The position numbers were made by a program, and so were the translations under genes. This document shows positions 1 to 12,100 of a stretch of DNA of 64,000 nt, one piece after another. The notes beneath the pieces were generated by a model. The model had not been told where the DNA came from and did no database searches. It saw only the letters and a list, made by a program, of their open reading frames with translations. Origin of the DNA: an uncultured Candidatus Micrarchaeota archaeon. Its GTDB lineage: Archaea > Micrarchaeota > Micrarchaeia > Anstonellales > Bilamarchaeaceae. Numbering within the stretch: the stretch's first letter is position 1; each line of letters opens with the position of its first letter. The stretch covers positions 312,392 through 376,391 of the forward strand of contig OY970229.1 in NCBI GenBank assembly GCA_963714085.1, written 5' to 3'.

Positions 1-3000
1 TCGTTCGATGCCGTGGTCGAGTTGACCACCGACCCGTCGATGCTGAGGTTGCAAGAGGCGCTAGCGAAGAACTGGTCCGTCTCGTTGAAGGTGAAGCCCA
101 GTGCCGCGGAGGAGGTGTTGATGCCCATGGGCGGGGAAACCAGGATCACGGTCGGGCCCACCGTGGCGACCGCGAAGCCCCATGGCGGGCTTGTGCCGGT
201 ATTATTGGCGGCGTCCGTGCAGGAGACGCTCCAGGTGTGGGGGCCGCCGACCAGGCCGGAGTCGCCCATGTCAGCCGGTACGCTGTTCGTAGCGGTGGTC
301 GAGTTGACCTGGTAGCCGTCCATGGTGAGGTTGCATGAGGCCGTCGGGTAGACCGGGTCCGTCTCGTTGAAGCTGAAGTCCAATGACGTCGCGGTGGTGA
401 TGTTGTTGTTGGCCGGGGAGTTGAGGACGACCGTGGGCGCTGTGGTGACGATCGTGAAGTTCCAGGCCGCGCTCGGGCCGGTGTTGCCCGCGTTGTCCGT
501 GCACGCGACGTACCAGGTGTGGTTGCCGTCGGTGATGTTGCTGATCGTGAAGAGCGTCGGGGTGCTGTTCAGCACCGAGGGGTTGGTGCTGTTCTGGACG
601 TTGTCGAGGTATATGGAGCAGTTCGTCGCATTGGCCAGGTTGTCCGTCGCGGTGAAGTTGAAGCTGACCGTGGCTGAGTTGAGCAATGAGAGGTTGTACG
701 GGGAATTGAGGGCGACGCCCGGTGCCGTGGTGTCCACCGTGAAGCTCCTGGCCGCGCTCGTGTTCGTATTATTGGCCGGATCCATGCAGGTGACGTTCCA
801 GTAGTGGATCCCCTGGCCGAGAGGCGAGTCGCCCATCGAGGTCAGGCTGCTGTTCGCCGCCGTGGTGGAGTTGGCCACCGAGCCGTCCACCGTGAGGTTG
901 CATGAGGCGTTCGTGTAGAAGTGGTCGGTCACGTTGAACGTGAAGCTCAATGCCGTCGAGGACGTGTTGAGGCCGCTTATCGGCGAGACGAGGACCACCG
1001 ACGGGAGCGTGGATACGAGCGTGAAGTTCCATACCTGGCTCGTTCCAATGTTGCCCGCGCTGTCCGTGCACACCACGTACCAGGCGTGGCTCGCGTCGGT
1101 TATGTTGCTGATCGTGAAGAGCGTCGGAGTGCTGTTCAGCACCGAGGCGTTGGTCCTGTTCAGGTGGTTGTCTAGGTATATGGAGCAGTTCGTCGTGGAA
1201 GCCAGGTTGTCCGTCGCCGTGAAGTTGAATGCGACCGTGGTCGAGGTGGATATGGACTGGTTGGCCGGGGAGCTGAGGGTGACGTTCGGCGGCTCTGTGT
1301 CCACCGTGAAGCTCCTGGTCGCGCTCGTGCCCGTATGATTGGCCGCGTCTATGCAGGAGACGTTCCAGCTGTAGGCCCCCTCGCCCAGGCCGGAGTAGCC
1401 CAATGTGGTGAGGGTGTTGTTCAATGCCGTGGTCGAGTTGACCGGTATGCCGTTTATTGTGAGGTTGCATACTGCGCTTGCGAAGACGTCGGTCTCGTTG
1501 AAGGCGAAGTTCAGCGCCGTCGCCGAGGTGTTGAGGCCCATGACGGGCGAGCTCGGGACCACCAGCGGCGGGGTGGTCGCCACGGTGAAGCTGTTCGTCG
1601 CGCTCGTGTTCGTGTTATTGGCCGCGTTCGTGCAGGTGACGTTCCAGTAATGGACCGCCTGGCCCAGGCCGGAGTAGCCCAGCGTGATGAGGCTGCCGTT
1701 GGTCGCGGTCGTGGAGTTGCGGACCGTGCCGTCTATAGTGAGGTTGCATGACGCGTTCGGGTAGACCGGGTCGGTCTCGTTGAATGTGAAGTTGAGCGCC
1801 GTCACGGACGTGATGTTGTTGTTGGCCGGGGAGACCAGGGTGACCGTGGGCGCGGCGGTGTCGACCGTGAGGTTCCTTGCCACGCTCGTGCCGTTGTTGC
1901 CCGCGTTGTCCGTGCACACCACGTACCAGGTGTGGCTGCCGTCGTCTATGCTGCCTATCGTGAAGAGCGTCGGGGTATTGTTGGCGGTCAGGAAGTTGGT
2001 CTGGCCGAGGCTCCCGTCTATGTAGATGGAGCAGCTCATCCTTAAGGCCATGTTGTCCACAGCGGTGAAGTTGAAGACCACGGTGGCTGAATTGAAGACC
2101 GAGAGGTTGGCCGGGGAGTTGGGGGTGACGTTCGGCGGTGTCAGGTCCACGGTGAAGGTCCTGGTGAGGCTCTTGCCTACGAAGCTGACCGGGTTCACGC
2201 AGGAGACGTTCCAGCTGTGGGCCCCCTGGCTCAGGGGCGAATAGCCCATCGTGGTCAGGCTGCCGTTGGTCGCGGTCGTGGAGTTGCGGACCGTGCCGTC
2301 TATGCTGAGGTTGCACGTCTCGGTCGGGAAGACGTCGGTCTCGATGAAGACGAAGGGCAGCGACGTCGAGGACGTGTTGAGGCCCGTGGGCGGGGAGGAG
2401 AGGATCACCGTCGCGGCGGTGGTCCCGACTATGAAGCTCCTGGGACCGCTCGTTCCGGTGTTGTTCGCGCCGTTGGTGCAGGACACGCTCCAGGTGTGGG
2501 GGCCGCTCAGGAGGCCGGAATAGCTCATCGTGGTCAGGGTGTTGTTCGAAGCCGTGGTGGAGTTCCTGGACGTGCCGTCTATGCGGAGATTGCACGACGC
2601 GTTCGGGAACACGTCGGTCTCGATGAAGCTGAAGCTTATCGCGGTCGCCGAGGTGTTGAGCCCGTCGGCCGGGGACTGGGGCGCCACGCTCGGGCCGCTG
2701 GTGACCACCGTGAACGTCCTGGTCTCGCTCGTGCCGTTGTTGCCCGCGTTGTCCGTGCACGCGACGTACCAGGTGTGGCTGCCGTCGCCTATGCCGTTTG
2801 CCGAGAGTATGGTCTGCGTGTTATTGGCCGTGGGCGCGTACTGGCTGAAGGCGTTGTCGATGTAGAGCGAGCAGTTCATGGCGCTGGCCAGGTTGTCGGT
2901 CGCATTGAAGTAGAAGGATACCGCGGAGGAGTTGAACAGCGACTGGTTGGCCGGGGAGGTCAGGTTCACCGTCGGGGGGGCCGTGTCCACCGTGAAGCTC

Positions 3001-6000
3001 CTGGTCGCGCTCGTGTTAGCGTTGTTCGCGCCGTTCACGCAGGTGACGTTCCAGTAGTGGATCCCCTGGCCGAGAGGCGAGTCGCCCATCGAGGTCAGGC
3101 TGCTGTTCGTGGCAGTGGTGGAGTTGGCCACCGAGCCGTCCACGGTGAGGTTGCATGAGGCGTTCGTGTAGAAGTGGTCGGTCATGTTGAACGTGAAGCT
3201 CAATGCCGTCGAGGATGTGTTTAGGCCGCTTATCGGCGAGACGAGGACCACTGCTGGGAACGTGGATACGAGCGTGAAGTTCCAGGTCGCGCTGGTGGCG
3301 GTGTTGTTGGCCGCGTTCCTGCAGGTGACGCTCCAGTTGTGGTTCCCGTCGCCTATGCCGGAGTAGCCCATGGTGGTGGGCGTGTTGTTCGTCGCGGTGG
3401 TGGAGTTGCGGACCGTGCCGTCTATGCTGAGGTTGCAGGACGCGTTCGCGAAGACCGGGTCGGTCTCGTTGAACGTGAAGTTCAATGAAGTCGAGGACGT
3501 GGTGAAGCCGCTGATCGGGGAGCTCAGGTTGACGGTCGGGGCGGTGGTGACGACGCTGAATGTCCGGTTCTCGCTCGTGTTCGTATTGTTCGCGTTGTCC
3601 GTGCACGCGACGTACCAGGTATAGGTCCCGTCGGCTATGCTGATTATCGTGAAGGAGGCCGGCGTGTTGTTGATCGCGGAGCTGGTCCTGTTCAGGACGT
3701 TGTCGATGTATATGGAGCAGCTCATCACAGGGGCGAGGTTGTCCTGGGCCGTGAAGTTGAAGGCTAGCGTGGTCATGTTATACAGCGACTGGTTGGCCGG
3801 GGTGGCCAGGTTCACCGTCGGGGCGGTCGTGTCCACCGTGAAGCTCCTGGTGGCGCTCGTGTTCGCGTTGTTGATGCCGTCCGCGCAGGATACGCTCCAG
3901 GTGTGGAGCCCCTGCGCCAGGGGCGAGTCGCCCAGCGTGGCCGGGGTGCTGTTCGTCGCGGTGGTGGAGTTGACCACCGAGCCGTCGACGCTCAGGTTGC
4001 ATGCTGCGCCCGGGTAGATCGGGTCGGTCTCGGTGAAGTTGAAGTTCAACGCGGTCGATGAGGTGTTGAGGCCCGGGATCGGCGAGTTCAGGACCACCGT
4101 GGGCGCGGTGGTTATCACGGTGAAGTTCCAGGTCGCGCTCGCGTTCGCGTTGTTGGCCGCATCCCTGCAGGTGACGTTCCAGTGGTGGGTCCCGTCGGAG
4201 AGGCCGGAGTAGCCCAGCGTGGTCGGGGTGTTGTTCGTCGCGGTCGTGGAGTTGCGGATCGTGCCGTCTATGCTGAGGTTGCATGACGCGTTCGGGTAGA
4301 CCGGGTCGGTCTCGTTGAAGGTGAAACCCAGCGAATTCGAGGAGGTGTTGATGCCGCTCGTCGGGGAGTCGAGGACGACCGTGGGCGCGGTCGTGACCAC
4401 GCTGAAGTTCCCGGTCGCGCTCACATTGCTGTTGTTGGCGTTGTCCGTGCAGTTGACGTACCAGGTGTGGCTCCCGTCGGTTATGCCGCTGACGTTGAAG
4501 ACGGTGGCTGTGTTGTTGCTCACCGAGGAGTTGGTCCGGTTCGGGGCGCTGTCCAGGAAGAGCGAGCAGCTCATCTTCTGGGCCAGGTTGTCCTGAGCCG
4601 TGAAGTTGAATGCGACCGTGGACGAGTTGACCGGGGCCAGGTTCGCCGGCGAGTTGAGGCTCACGGACGGCGGGGTCGTGTCGAGCGTGAAGCTCCTGGT
4701 CGCGCTCGTGTTCGCGTTGTTGCTGGAGTCCACGCAGGATATGTTCCAGTAGTGGAGCCCGTCGGGCAGGCCGGAGTAGCTCACGGTCGCCAGGGTGTCG
4801 TTCAATGCGGCCGTGGAGGCGCGGAATGAGCCATCCACCGTGAGGTTGCACGAGGCGGTCGGGTAGACGGTGTCGGTCTCGATGAAACTGAAGTTCAATG
4901 TCGCAGCGGAGATATTGATGCCGTTGGCCGGGGAGACGAGGGATATCATCGGGGCTATGGTGGTGACTGTGAAGAGCCAGGTCACGCTCGCGTTGGTGTT
5001 ATTGGCGCCATCCGTGCAGGAGACGCTCCAGTTGTGGGCCCCGTCGGCCAGGCCGGAGTAGCCCAGGCCCGTGAGGGTGTTGTTAGCCGCGATCGTGGAG
5101 TTGCGTACGGCGCCGTCGACGCTGAGGCTGCACGATGCGTTCGTGAAGACCGGGTCGGTCTCGTTGAAGGTGAAGTTGATGGACTTGGCCGTGGTGATGT
5201 TGCCGCTGGCCGGCGAGCTGAGCGTCACGGTCGGCGCGGTCGTGACCACGGTGAAGCTCCTGTTGCCGCTCGTGCCGTTGTTGCCCGCGTTGTCCGTGCA
5301 CGAGACGTACCAGGTGTGGCTGCCGTCGGTTATGTTGCTGACCGTGAAGAGCGTCGCCGTGTGGTTGGACACCGATGCGTTGGTCGCGTTCGAATCGCCG
5401 TCCAGGTAGAGCGAGCAGCCCATCTTGGAGGCGAGGTTGTCCGTCGCGGTGAAGTTGAATGTGATCGTGGATTTGTTATACAGCGACTGGTCTGCCGGCG
5501 AGCTCGGGCTCACGGTCGGCTCTGTCACGTCCACCGTGAAGCTCCTGGGCGCGCTCGTGCCGGTGTGGTTGGCCGCGTTGGTGCAGGAGACGTTCCAGCT
5601 GTGGGCCCCTTCGGCTGCGGTGTAGCCCAGGGTCGTCGCGGTGCTGTTGTTGGCGGTGGTGGAGTTGACCGCCGAGCCGTCGATACTCAGGTTGCATGCA
5701 GCGGTCGCGAAGAGGCTGTCCGTCTCGTTGAAGGTGAAGTTCAATGACGTCGATGAGGTGTTGAGGCCGTTTATCGGGGAGACGAGGGACACCGACGGGA
5801 CCGAGGTGGCCGCGGTGAAGATCCTGGTCTCGCTCGTATTCGCGTTGCCCGCGTTGTCCGTGCACGAGACGTACCAGGTGTGGTTGCCGTCGCTCATGTT
5901 GCTGACCGTGAAGAGCGTCGCTGTGTTGTTCAGCACCGAGACGTTGGTCCTGTTCAGGACGTTGTCGAGGTACAAGGAGCAGTTCATCGTGGAAGCCAGG

Positions 6001-9000
6001 TTATCTATCGCGGTGAAGTTGAATGCGACCGTGGACGAGGTGTATATGGACTGGTTGGCCGGGGAGTTGAGGGTCACGTTCGGCGGCTCTGTGTCCACCA
6101 TGAAGCCCCTGGGCGCGCTTATGGCGGTATCATTGGCCGCGTTCGTGCAGGTGACGCTCCAGTTGTGGGCCCCTTCGGCTGCGGTGTAGCCCAGGGTCGT
6201 CGCGGTGCTGTTGTTGGCGGTGGTGGAGTTGACCGCCGAGCCGTCTACGCTCAGGTTGCATGCAGCGGTCGCGAAGACCGGGTCGGTCTCGTTGAAGACG
6301 AAGTTCAACGCTGTCGAGGAGGTGTTGAGGCCCGAAACAGGCGAAATGAGGTACACGGTCGGGGCGGCCGGGGCAGACGTGAAGCTCCAGGTCGCGCTCG
6401 TGGCGGTGTTGTTCGCCGCGTTCGTGCAGGTGACGTTCCAGTTGTGGGTCCCCTGGGATATGCCGGAGACGCCCAGCGTGGCCGGGGTGTCGTTGGTCGC
6501 GGTCGTGGAGTTGCGGATCGTGCCGTCTATGGTGAGGTTGCATGGCACGGTCGCGTAGACCGGGTCGGTCTCGTTGAACGTGAAGCTCAATGACGTCGCG
6601 TTGGTTATGAAGCCGCTGATCGGCGAGGCGAGGTACACGGTCGGGGACGTGGAGACGACGCTGAAGCTCCTGGTCTCGCTCGTGCCGGTGTTGTTCGCGT
6701 TGTCGGTGCACGCTACGTACCACGTGTGGTCCCCGTCGTCTATGCTGCCGGTCGTCAGGACGGTCGCGGTGTTGTTGTTCGTCGCTGGATGGACCAGGGC
6801 CAGGGCGTCGTCGATGAAGATGGAGCAGCTCATTTTCGAGGCCAGGTTGTCCTGAGCCGTGAAGTTGAAGGAGACCGTGGACGAACCGAGCTGGGACTGG
6901 TTGGACGGGGAGTTGAGGGCGATTGTCGGCGGGGTGGTGTCGACCGTGAAGTTCCTTGTCGTGCTGTTGCCCGGGTGGTTGGCCGCATTTGTGCATGAGA
7001 CGTTCCACCTGTGGGCACCCTGGCTCGTGACGTTATAGCCCAGGGTCGTCAGGCTGCTGTTCGTGGCAGTGGTGGAGTTGACCACCGAGCCGTCCACCGT
7101 GAGGTTGCATGACGCGTTCGTGAAGGCCGGGTCGGTCTCGTTGAAGGTGAAGTTCAGCGCGGTCGCCGAGGTGTTGAGGCCGTTTATCGGGGAGACCAGG
7201 GACACTGTCGGGCCCGTGGTGCTGACGATGAAGCTCCACGTCTCGCTTATGCCCGTATTGTTGACCGCATTGGTGCAGGAGACGTTCCAATAGTGGATTC
7301 CAGCGCCCAGGCCGGAGTAGCCCAGCGTGGTGAGGCTGCCGTTGGTCGCGGTCGTGGAGTTGCGGACCGTGCCGTCGATGGTAAGGTCGCATGAGACGCT
7401 CGGGTAGACCGGGTCGGTCTCGTTGAAGATGAAGTTCAGCGAGGTAGCCGAGGTGATGTTGCCGCTGGCCGGGGATATCAGGGTCACTGTCGGTGATGTG
7501 ATGATGACGCTCAAATCCCTGGTTTCGCTCGTGTCCGTGTTGTTCGCGTTGTCGGTGCATTGGACGTACCAGGTGTGGTCCCCGTCGGCTATGCCGCTGA
7601 TTGTGAAGGTCGTTTCCGTGCCGTTTGCCGAGGCCTTGCTCTGGTTCAGGACATCGTCGAGGAAGATCGAGCAGCTCATTGTCTGGGCCAGGTTGTCGGT
7701 CGGAGTGAAGTTGAAGGCGACGCTGGATGAGCTGGATATGGACTGGTTGTCCGGGGAGTCGAGGCTCACGGACGGGGCGGTCGTGTCCACGGTGAAGCTC
7801 CTGGTGAGGCTCGTGCCGCTGTTGTCTGCGTCATCGACGCAGGAGACGTTCCAGGTGTGGGTCCCCTCGTCCAGTGGCGAGTAGCCCATGTCTGCCAGGG
7901 TGCTGTTCGCCGCGGTCGTGGAGTTGACCACCGAGCCGTCCACGGTGAGGTTGCATGGCACGGTCGCGTAGACCGGGTCGGTCTCGTTGAAGATGAAGTC
8001 CAATGCTGTCGACGACGTGTTGAGGCCGCTGGCCGGGGAGACTAGGATGATCGCCGGGCCGATGGTGGTGACCGTGAAGTTCCAGGTCTCGCTTACGGCC
8101 GTGTTATTGGCTGCGTTGGTGCAGGACACGCTCCAGCTGTGCGGGCCGCCGACCAGGCCGGAATGGCCGAGGATCGTCTCGGTGTCGTTGGTCGCAGTCG
8201 TGGAGTTGACCGCAGTTCCGTCCATGATGAGGCTGCAGGACGCGTTCGCGTATACCGGGTCGGTCTCGTTGAAGCTGAAGTCCAATGCCGTTGACGAGGT
8301 GATGAAATCGTTGGCAGGGGAGTTGAGGACGACGCTGGGGAAGGTGGTGACGACGCTGAAGCTCCTGGTCTCGCTAGTGCCGGTGTTGTTCGCGTTGTCG
8401 GTGCACTGGACATACCATGTGTGGTCGCCGTCGTCTATGCCGTTGCCCGTCAATACGGTCGCGGTGTCGTTGTTCGTCGCTGGATGGACAAGGGCCAGGG
8501 CGTCGTCGATGAAGAGGGAGCAGCTCATCTTCCGGGCCAGGTTGTCCTGAGCCGTGAAGTTGAAGGAGACCGTGGACGAACCGGACGGGGACTGGTTGGC
8601 CGGGGAGTTGAGGATGATCGTCGGCACGGTGGTGTCGACCGTGAGGTTCCTGGTCGCGCTCGTGCCCGTATTGTCCGCCGCATTCGTGCATGAGACGTTC
8701 CACCTGTGGACTCCCTGGCCCAGGGGCGAGTAGCCCATTGAGGTCAGGCTGGCGTTGGTCGCGGTGGTGGAGTTGACCACCGAGCCGTCGATGGTGAGGT
8801 CGCATGAGACGCTCGTGTAGACCGGGTCGGTCTCGTTGAAGGTGAAGACCAATGACGTCGCGGAGGTGTTGAGATTGGCGATCGGGGAGATCGGGGACAC
8901 TGTCGGGCCCGTGGTGCTTACGCTGAAGCTCCTTGTTTCCGAGGTTCCGGTGTTGCTCACCCCGTCCATGCAGCTTACGGACCAGTTGTGCTGGCCCGCG

Positions 9001-9190
9001 GGGATGTCCAAGGCCTGGAAGGCCGTCGCGGTGTCGTTCGCGGTGGTTTCGTTGGTCTGGTTCAGGGAACCGTCCAAGTACAGCGAGCAGTTCATGGTAC
9101 TGGTCGCGCCCGTCGCATTGAACGTGAAGTTGACCGAGGCCGTGTTCGAGGCGTATCCTCCGGCAGGGGACATGAGGTCGACTGCCAGAG
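1..9190 (-). repeat. Gene B: in-frame tandem array of >=32 Ig-like domains (~282 nt each), running off the left edge
   Basis: It has the same unit consensus as the gene A array. The first unit (VDLMSPAGGYASNTASVNFTFNATGATSTMNCSLYLDGSLNQTNETT...) is the positional counterpart of the first gene A unit (VDLMYPPEAYLTNTTSIDFLFNATGTTPTLNCSLYIDGSLNATNETT...). 9,190 nt / 282 gives ~32.6 units. Confidence 0.8.
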
Positions 9191-12100
9191 TGGTCTGGTG
9201 CTGCAGTATGCCGTATGTGCCTGCCGGGTTCAGGTTCGCGAGGCTGAGCGTGCCTGCCACGGTGTCGAGCGCCGCGCCCGTGTCGCTCCAGCTCCCGTTG
9301 TAATTCCAGAGCTCGAACCTGGTTTGGTCGTATCCGTTAAGCTCTGAGCCGTTCCAGCTCCAGACTGTTGAGTCTATGGACACGTTGCCCGAGACGACCG
9401 AGATGTCCACGAACTTCTGCGCGAACGAGTTATAGCTCGGTGGAAGGGCGGCCGGGATGCCGGACCAGTTTATAACGTATACCTCGCCGTCATCCATCGT
9501 GTCGTTGATGGAGAGGTTGGTGAAGTTCTCCATGTTGCCCATCGGGTTGTCGAATATGATGCCGGAGAGGTTGAGCGTGATTGGGGAGCCGGAACCACCC
9601 ACGACCAGGTCGTTGGTGTTGTTGGATAGGTATTGTCCCTGGACCACGGTCTGGTCGGAATATTGTATTGTGAGGCCGTTGGCGCAGTTGGATACGCTGT
9701 TGTTGCGCAGGAAGGTGTCGTTGGACGACTCAACTGAGAGGCCGAGCCAGCTGCTGGTATTGAAGTAAGCAACGCGGCAGTCGATGATGTTGTCTGTGGC
9801 GTCGGACGAGAACGACCCACTCAGTTCAAGGTTACTGTAAAATATATTGCTCAGGTTGTTCCCGGAAATCACGGTTTGGTTGCCGTCATATACATAGATG
9901 CCTTCGCTGTTGGAGTGGGCAATGGTATTATTGATGAAACTGGAGTTGGAAAGCTCATTCGCGTATATGCCATCGCTGCCGACGTTAATGACCGAATTGT
10001 TGATGAGGCTTATCGCGCTTGATGTGATTATAATGAATCCGGCATACGAATCGTTGTCAGCGACATCGTTGGTGTAAGTGACATTGTTGACGTAGTCTGT
10101 CACGAAGCCCCTGGCGTTGAAAGACGATGATACGTTGGCGACCAGGCTGTCGTTCGTCAGGTACATGAGGAAAGCGTTGTTGTAGAGCGTGTCGGAGCCG
10201 TTCACGATGCTGTTCGTGACCGTGGAGCCGCTCGCGCCGCAAAGCTCGATCTCAGCCGCATCCAGGCCGTCCCATGGTACCGGCTCATCCGAGTAGTACA
10301 CCGGGCGGTATCCGGAGCCGATCAGGTCGGTGATGTTGTTCTGGCAATAGGAAACATCCCAATTGTAAGGTGGATTCGGGTTGGACGGGGTTACATCAAG
10401 GTCCAAATTGCTATTTTCCATAGCCGTGTTATTGTATACCGTGTTCAGGCTGGAGCCGTAGATGCTGATGCCAGTATTGCAGTTGTTTGCGGTGTTGTTG
10501 TATATGGTATTGTTGTCAGACGACTGGAGGGAGATGCCGTTACTGCTGATGTTATAGGCGATGTTGTCATGCAGGACATTGTTGTCGGACGAGTAGAGGA
10601 CGATTCCGTTACCGTAGCTCTGGAACACGTTGCCGGATACCAGGTCATCAGTGCTTGCGTTAATTAAGATGTCGTTGTAGTCGTTGCTGAGATTGTTGTC
10701 CGTGAGATTGTTGTTCGAGCCGTGGTTCAGCATGATGCCTGCGATAGTGCCGGACCATTCGTAGCTGTTCGTCACAGTGACGTTCGTTATTACGGAATAG
10801 GTGGCCGATTCCATGTCTATTCCGTGTCCGTAGCCGGAGATGTTCGGGCAGTTCTGGATAGTCACGTTCGTGAGCGAGGGGAACACCGCGATGCCGTAGG
10901 TGGTCGGGCCCGCAGGCGCATCCATCGTGATGTTGTAGCCGTTGCAGTCGAAGACCACGTCGGAAGAGTTTATCTCCACGCATGCCGTGCCGCCCTCGGC
11001 CATCTCCGAGGCGTCGTTCGGGGCCCCGAAGAGATTGTTCATCGGGCTGAATGTGCCGCTCGTGCTTATCACCGGGCACTCCTGGAAGCTCTCGAATATG
11101 CCGTAGGCGCCGGCCTGGCCCAGGTTCGTGAGGCCGAGCGTGTTCGCGCTGGTGTCCGGGGTGTCGTTCAGCAGGGTCCAGCCCGAGTCGTTGAGGCCCC
11201 AGAGCCCGAACCTGCCCGGTGTGTACCCGCCCTCGGCCACTTGGTCGTCGGTCCAGCTCCAGACTATCGAATCGATGGACATCGTGCTCGAGAGATTGGT
11301 GATGTTCACGAATGTCCGGGCGAAGGAGTCCTCCCCGGGCAGGAGGGCGGACGAGTTGCTGGTCCAGTTTATGGAATACTCTTCGCCCGGGTCCACGCTG
11401 TCGTTGATGGAGAGGTTGGTGTAGTTCTCCAGGCCGCCCAGCGGGTTGTCGAAGACGAGGCCGGAGAGGTTGATTGTCATCGGGGAGCCGGAATCGTCCT
11501 GCACCTGCATGTCCTGGCTGTTGTTGGAGAAGTACATGCCTTGTACGGATGTCTGATCAGAGCGTTCTATCAGCAAGCCGGCATTGGAGTTGTTGGAGGC
11601 GCTGTTGTTGATGAAGGTGTTGTTGGCGGCATTCACGATGTAGAAGCCGTACCTGCCGTTGCCGCACGCGAGGTTGTTGGTGAAAGTGCTGTTTGGACTC
11701 CATGACTGCAAGCCATCGAAAGAATTGTTGCACATGACATTTCCTGAGAACAGGTTTGGCGAGGCGTTGTCTCCGGCATAGGTGTCGGCGACGTAGATGC
11801 CTGCCCAACTGGAGTTGTCCGCGGTATTGCTGACGAAGCTGGAGCCGGAGGCCGGGTCTATGTCGATGTAGAAACCGTCAGCGATATCTCCGGCTGCCGT
11901 ATTGTTGGTGAGATTGAGCGCGGTTGAATTGGTTATATGGAACCCGGCGCCGCTGTTGTTGTTCGCAATGCCGTTGAGGTACGTAATCGCGTTTGAGTCC
12001 TGCACGTTGAAACCGTCAAAGCCGGAGTTGTCCGCAGTGTCGTCGAGGAATGTGCAGTTGGAGTCGTCTGACATCAAAAAGCCGTATGAGTTCCCATAGG

